NCBI GenBank assembly: GCA_951406725.2
Contig: OX597831.1
Location: 44,888,001-44,952,000 of the forward strand
Origin: Octopus vulgaris
Taxonomy: Eukaryota
Direction: 5' to 3'
DNA length: 64,000 bases
The notes below the pieces were generated by a model that worked only from the letters and a program-made list of their open reading frames with translations, had not been told where the DNA came from and did no database searches. Positions 57,910 to 64,000 of this stretch are shown one piece after another. How positions within the stretch are numbered: the stretch's first letter is position 1; each line of letters begins with the position of its first letter. Made by a program: the position numbers and the translations under genes.

Positions 57910-59191
57910 CGAGGGGCGTTCAATAAGTAATGCCCCTGACCCACTTCCCATAGCAGTAGAGCAACGAAACTTGGCACAGGTATTAGTCTTTTTCAGCATA
58001 GAAACAACCCAGAGTTACGCATTTCTCCCATCGTTTGATACAGCTCTGGAGACCGTTTTCATAGAAGATCCTAGCTTGGTCCTCCAACCACGACGTGACT
58101 TCAGAAATCAAGGCTGCATCATCTGGGAAACGCTTTCCTTTCAAAAACAACTTCATGGCTGGGAAGAGGTGAAAATCAGAGGGTGCAAGGTCAGAAGAGT
58201 AGGGGGATGGGGGAAGTGTTCATAGCCGCACGCCTGTGCTTCTGATCTGGCGACACGCGAGTTGTGGACCGGAGCGTTGTCCTGCAGGTGGAGGATGCCT
58301 TTGCTGATCTTGCCCCGCCTCTTGGTTTTGATAGCTTCTCTTAATTTCCTCAAAAGTGAAGCATGATAGGCTCCTGTAATTGTGGTACCCTTTGCCAGGA
58401 AAGCTGTCATCACTACTCCGTCCTGGTCCCAAAAGACTGTGAGCATGACCTTGCCAGCGGAGGGCTGCACCCTTGCCTTCTTTGGAGGAGGTGAGTCATG
58501 GTGCTTCCACTGCATTGACTGGGCTTTGGTCTCTGGATCATGGTGAAGGACCCAGGTCTCATCCTGTGTAATCAGTCTTTTGAAAAATTTTGACTCATCT
58601 TCTTGGCACATCCCTAAATTCATCCTCGAGCACTCGACGCGTTCTTGCTTCAGGAAAAGTGTGAGCAACCTGGGAATCCCTCTGGCAGACACCTTTTGCA
58701 TATGCAAATGGTCATGAATGATAGTTTCCACAGACTAATCTTGACCTCATGGGCTATTTGGCGAATAGTTATGCGTCCATCTTCCAAAATGGCAGCCTCA
58801 ACTTGACGGACAGATGCCCCATCAATGGCAGAAGGGGTGCGACCAGATCTGGGAGCTGTTTCCACAGAGTTCCCACCATGTTTGAATTCACGATGCCAGC
58901 ATTTTACAAGGTCATATGATGGGGCATCATCACCATAAGTTATTTTCATTTCATCAAAAGTCTCCTGTGGTGTGCGTCATTTCAAATACAAAAACCGGAT
59001 CACTTCTCGACACTCAACAGGCTCCATTTCCCACTTGACTCATTTCAAACACATGTAAATCAGAAACCACTATTTGTTCGGAGCTGTAATTTGCCACTTA
59101 ATCTATAGAGATATAAATAATTACACATGCAAAATCTCAGGTAGATCAATCAACGGCAAGTGGGTCAGAGGCATTACTTATTGAACGCCCC

Positions 59192-59194
<3 letters not shown>
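57910..59194 (-). mobile_element. Full-length mariner (irritans-like), inactive
   Basis: TIRs CGAGGGGCGTTCAATAAGTAATGCC at both ends, 1285 bp. ATG at 59027, early TGA and frameshifts. Motifs ITQDETWV, SAGKVMLTVFWD and LQDNAP. Confidence 0.95.
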
Positions 59195-59259
<65 letters not shown>

Positions 59260-59261
<2 letters not shown>

Positions 59262-59490
59262 GGTCTTTGTTTCTGTGTTTGTCCCCTCACTATCGCTTGA
59301 CAACCGATCTTGGTGTGTTTATGCCCCCGTTAATTTGTGGTTCGGCAAAAGAGACCAATATTAGGCTTACAAAGTATCAGTCTTACAAAGAATAAGGCTC
59401 CGGGGGTCGATGGCTTCGACTAAAAACCCACTAAGGCGATGCTCCAACATGGCCGCAGTCAAAATGACTGAAACAAGAAAAAGAAAAAAA
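59260..59490 (+). mobile_element. SINE 3' portion (CR1-type tail family)
   Basis: Matches 60838-61030. Confidence 0.75.
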
Positions 59491-59573
59491 AGAATACTTT
59501 TAAAATTGGACTTTAGCCGTGTTTGTTGATCCCCAAAAGATTTTTCTTCGATTTTGTATTCTCATAACTTTCC

Positions 59574-59860
59574 GACCCACTTGCCGTTGATTGATCTAGA
59601 TTTTGCATGTGTAATTATTTATATCTCTATAGATTAAGTGGCAAATTACAGCTCCGAACAAATAGTGGTTTCTGATTTACATGTGTTTGAAATGAGTCAA
59701 GTGGGAAATGGAGCCTGTTGAGTGTCGAGAAGTGATCCGGTTTTTGTATTTGAAATGACGCACACCACAGGAGACTTTTGATGAAATGAAAATAACTTAT
59801 GGTGATAATGCCCCATCATATGACCTTGTAAAACGCTGGCATCGTGAATTCAAACATGGT
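59574..59860 (+). mobile_element. Inverted duplicate of the 5' part of the neighbouring mariner
   Basis: Near-identical reverse complement of 58876-59166. Lacks the TIR. Confidence 0.9.
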
Positions 59861-60620
59861 ATGCGTATTGTACACCTCCACCAAAAAAGAGGGAAAAAAA
59901 TCATTAAAAGATATCTATTTTTCTAGATGCTATGAGAAAATAAAGTCGGTGTGTGTAGGTAGACCCTTTTTTATGGTAAATAAGTTTCGGTATGTTTTTC
60001 CTTAATTTTGGAGGTTATGTATCTCGTTCCACTTGGCCGCTTCTGGTGTCTTCTCCCTTTCTATCACTGCCAAACTAAACTTCTCTTCCAAAGAAAGAGT
60101 GGCATAATTTCTTTCTTTAAATTATTCATTTGAATGTTTGAGTGTTGCTGTTGCTAAGCAACAAGACGGGTAAGGATGATAAGGTGATGGTCTAGGACTT
60201 AGGGGCGGGAGACCCCATACCTTAGAAAAAAAACTTTTGTCGTCTTGTTGTAGTCGAGGGCTCTTCGTTGACGCCCGACACCACTGGGAGGTGGCCCTCG
60301 AAGTCGCTGGAAATGGAGATCTCCAGGTCCAAATTCTTGAACGGCTGGATGTATGAAAAGAATATGTTGTCACAAAAATGTGATCATTGATCAGTTACTA
60401 AACGTAGATTTAATTTAATTTTATACACACTTTGCTGTCATTAGACAATTGCAAACATGGTATGTAGAGATAACTTATTTTAACCCATTCGTGCCCACAT
60501 TTTTTAAAATTTGATTTATTACCATATTTTTTTATACAACTTTATCTGATACTAAATATAAAAAAAAAATTTTATTACAATATTTGAAAGACACTCCTGT
60601 CTTGATGACAAACTAAAGAT

Positions 60621-60788
60621 ATAGGCGCAGGAGTGGCTCTGTGGTAAGTAGCTTGCTTACCAACCACATGGTTCCGGGTTCAGTCCCACTGCATGGCATC
60701 TTGGGCAAGTGTCTTCTGCTATAGCCCCGGGCTGACCAATGCCTTGTGAGTGGATTTGGTAGACGGAAACTGAAAGAAGCCTGTCGTA

Positions 60789-60822
<34 letters not shown>

Positions 60823-61030
60823 CGTGTGTTTGTGTGTCTGTGTTTGTCCCCCTAGCATTGCTTGACAACCGATGCTGTTGTGTTTACGTCCCCGTCACTT
60901 AGCGGTTCGGCAAAAAGAGACCGATAGAATAAGTACTGGGCTTACAAAGAATAAGTCCCGGGGTAGATTTGCTCGACTAAAGGCGGTGCTCCAGCATGGC
61001 CGCAGTCAAATGACTGAAACAAGTAAATGA
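60621..61030 (+). mobile_element. Full-length composite SINE: tRNA-like head, internal microsatellite, CR1-like tail
   Basis: Head GGAGTGGCTCTGTGGTAAG..GGTTCAGTCCC, internal (TA)n(TG)n, and tail GGCGGTGCTCCAGCATGGCCGCAGTC..TGACTGAAAC. Confidence 0.85.
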
Positions 61031-62087
61031 GTAAAAGAATTTAAAAAAAAAGAATATCTCAGAAAAATACAGGTATTGCAGAAATATGATGGATTATCCT
61101 TCTGGTCTTAAAAAAAAGGACCATAGGAGCTAATGGGCTATTACAATATTTATGTGTACATTTCCATAAATGTCTTTCTTGCGCACTCAGACCGATCCCT
61201 CACCCCTACACATACACGCACACAGACATAGTTCTTAGAGGATCAACAATCATGGCTTACGTGTTTAAGTTTTTCTTATTTTGGAATAAAGAAAGGTACG
61301 TAAAAATAACTTCATTTGATACAAAACTTCACTCACGCACGCACACACACACACACACTTCCAGACAGAAGCTGGTTGTAGATAAACATAGTTCAATACA
61401 ATTGTGATTGGGTAAAATTTCAGTACGAATTATTTGCTATTTCTATATAAACACAACATAAAAATAATGTGACTTGGCATAAAAGAAAAAAAAAATTGGC
61501 AATCTTCACTTGAAATCAACTTTTTTTATGTTTTAATTTGTGATGAGCGAATTTAAAAACCTTATTTTCGTATGAACTTAAAATATTTTTTTTCAGAAAT
61601 CGCACAAAATATATAAAACACCAAAAATTGCGGGTGATTACGTCGTTTTTCTTCAAAAGAAACGAAGGAAAAAAGGATCGTTAAATGAGAAGAGAAAGAT
61701 ATTTTCCAGACATTTAGCTGTTGTTTCTAGTATATCGGGTTTTCGGCTGGAGGTTTGATACTTTTTCGTTTGCTGTTTCAGGAGAAATCTACGCATGTGT
61801 AAAGCATACGGTGGTTTTGCCTTTTTGAAAGCGGGGTGGTTTGAGGAAGGGAATGGAGTGTTTTCTAAAAAAAATTAAAATTACAAAAATAAAAAAAAAA
61901 TTTTGCAGGCTCGTAATCTCCTTCCGTATTTTGCTGCGTGGACTAAAAAAAATTGTAAAAAGTGAAAAATTAAAATATTGGTACGGGAAGAAGGGAAATT
62001 ACAATATTGTAAACGTTGTTTTTTGCAAGGTCGTAAGCCCCTATATCGAAAACAATAATTCGGAGAAATTTAAAAAACAAAATATTT

Positions 62088-62260
62088 AACAAAAACATCT
62101 GACCGTCTGCCAAGCAAATGGAGAGCAGTAATTGAAGTAGATGGTGAATATGCTCCGGAATAATCATTTAAAGATGTTTTTGTTACATGTTGTTGTTTTT
62201 GTTTTGTTGAATAAAATTTGTTGAAAATAAAAAAGCCGCAATAATTATGCACCAACCCAA
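62088..62260 (+). mobile_element. Mariner 3' end fragment
   Basis: Encodes RLPSKWRAVIEVDGEYAPE*. Right TIR CCGCAATAATTATGCACCAACCCAA followed by TA. Confidence 0.75.
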
Positions 62261-62283
62261 TATATACATTCAGCACCCCTTCC

Positions 62284-64000
62284 TGTATATGTATATGGAA
62301 AGAAGAAATATATTACCACGCAGGGAAAAAATATAGGAGGATTTGTTTTGGGATTTGAAAATGCACCTGAATCAAAAAAATGTGTAGTCGTTTTTTAAAT
62401 AGTTATTCACATACCAAACTAGTTTCGACAATTTTTTGCTTATCAATGGTACGAATATACAAAAAAAAAGGGTGGGGTTAGGAGATCTTAAAGTTACAAG
62501 GTAAAAATTGTATACGTGTATATGTATATGGAAAGAAGAAATATATTACCACGCAGGGAAAAATATAGGAGGATTTGTTTTGGGATTTGAAAATGCACCT
62601 GAATCAAAAAAATGTGTAGTCGTTTTTGAAATAGTTATTCACATACCAAACTAGTTTCGACAATTTTTTGCTTATCAATGGTACGAATATACAAAAAAAA
62701 AAAAAAGCTGGGGTTAGGAGATCTTAAAGTTACAAGGTAAAAATTGTATACGTGTATATGTATATGGAAAGAAGAAATATATTACCACGCAGGGAAAAAT
62801 ATAGGAGGATTTGTTTTGGGATTTGAAAATGCACCTGAATCAAAAAAATGTGTAGTCGTTTTTGAAATAGTTATTCACATACCAAACTAGTTTCAACAAT
62901 TTTTTGCTTTTCAATGGTACGAATATACAAAAAAAAAGGGTGGGGTTAGGAGATCTTAAAGTTACAAGGTAAAAATTGTATACGTGTATATGTATATGGA
63001 AAGAAGAAATATATTACCACGCAGGGAAAAATATAGGAGGATTTGTTTTGGGATTTGAAAATGCACCTGAATCAAAAAAATGTGTAGTCGTTTTTGAAAT
63101 AGTTATTCACATACCAAACTAGTTTCGACAATTTTTTGCTTATCAATGGTACGAATATACAAAAAAAAAAAAAGCTGGGGTTAGGAGATCTTAAAGTTAC
63201 AAGGTAAAAATTGTATACGTGTATATGTATATGGAAAGAAGAAATATATTACCACGCAGGGAAAAATATAGGAGGATTTGTTTTGGGATTTGAAAATGTA
63301 CCTGAATCAAAAAAATGTGTAGTCGTTTTTGAAATAGTTATTCACATACCAAACTAGTTTCGACAATTTTTTGCTTTTCAATGGTACGAATATACAAAAA
63401 AAAAGGGTGGGGGTTAGGAGATCTTAAAGTTACAAGGTAAAAATTGTATACGTGTATATGTATATGGAAAGAAGAAATATATTACCACGCAGGGAAAAAT
63501 ATAGGAGGATTTGTTTTGGGATTTGAAAATGCACCTGAATCAAAAAAATGTGTAGTCGTTTTTGAAATAGTTATTCACATACCAAACTAGTTTCGACAAT
63601 TTTTTGCTTATCAATGGTACGAATATACAAAAAAAAAAAAAGGCTGGGGTTAGGAGATCTTAAAGTTACAAGGTAAAAATTGTATACGTGTATATGTATA
63701 TGGAAAGAAGAAATATATTACCACGCAGGGAAAAATATAGGAGGATTTGTTTTGGGATTTGAAAATGCACCTGAATCAAAAAAATGTGTAGTCGTTTTTG
63801 AAATAGTTATTCACATACCAAACTAGTTTCGACAATTTTTTGCTTATCAATGGTACGAATATACAAAAAAAAAGGGTGGGGTTAGGAGATCTTAAAGTTA
63901 CAAGGTAAAAATTGTATACGTGTATATGTATATGGAAAGAAGAAATATATTACCACGCAGGGAAAAATATAGGAGGATTTGTTTTGGGATTTGAAAATGC
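62284..64000 (-). repeat. Tandem array of ~234-bp units (alternating A/B dimer), each with a hammerhead ribozyme; retrozyme-like
   Basis: GGAAAGAAGAAATATATTACC recurs at 62297, 62530, 62766, 62998, 63233, 63466, 63702 and 63934. The array continues beyond the window. Confidence 0.95.
62404..62457 (-). ncRNA. Type I minimal hammerhead ribozyme, U3-A8 variant (first of 7 complete copies)
   Basis: Minus strand reads TATTCGTACCA-TTGATAA-GCAAAAAATTGTC-GAAA-CTAG-TT-TGGTATGTGAATA. Predicted cleavage (GUU) between 62417 and 62416. Confidence 0.7.

Overview
AT-rich, microsatellite-saturated eukaryotic DNA. The SINE, Penelope and Helitron content suggests a coleoid cephalopod such as Octopus; this is inference from repeat families, not a database match. 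One credible host gene is present: a two-coding-exon, minus-strand bacterial-type (Ca2+-independent, Bacillus-like) phosphatidylinositol-specific phospholipase C. I reconstruct it as join(complement(51391..52033),complement(48835..49019)), about 275 aa, starting MGSGFS (myristoylation motif). The rest is mostly mobile DNA: Penelope-like elements (Neptune-type and Hydra-type) with hammerhead ribozymes in their pLTRs, CR1 and L1/Tx1 LINE remnants, several tRNA-derived SINE families, non-autonomous Helitrons including a head-to-tail tandem, mariner elements, MITEs and a solo LTR. The most striking signal is the terminal ~234-bp tandem array (62284-64000, running off the window). Every unit carries a minus-strand type I minimal hammerhead with a compensated U3-A8 core and a palindromic stem III, and the units alternate as an A/B dimer, making it a candidate retrozyme/circRNA-producing satellite. 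Also notable is a Penelope insertion that duplicated about 1 kb of non-element DNA in a partial tandem. Most long ORFs in the track are microsatellite artefacts.
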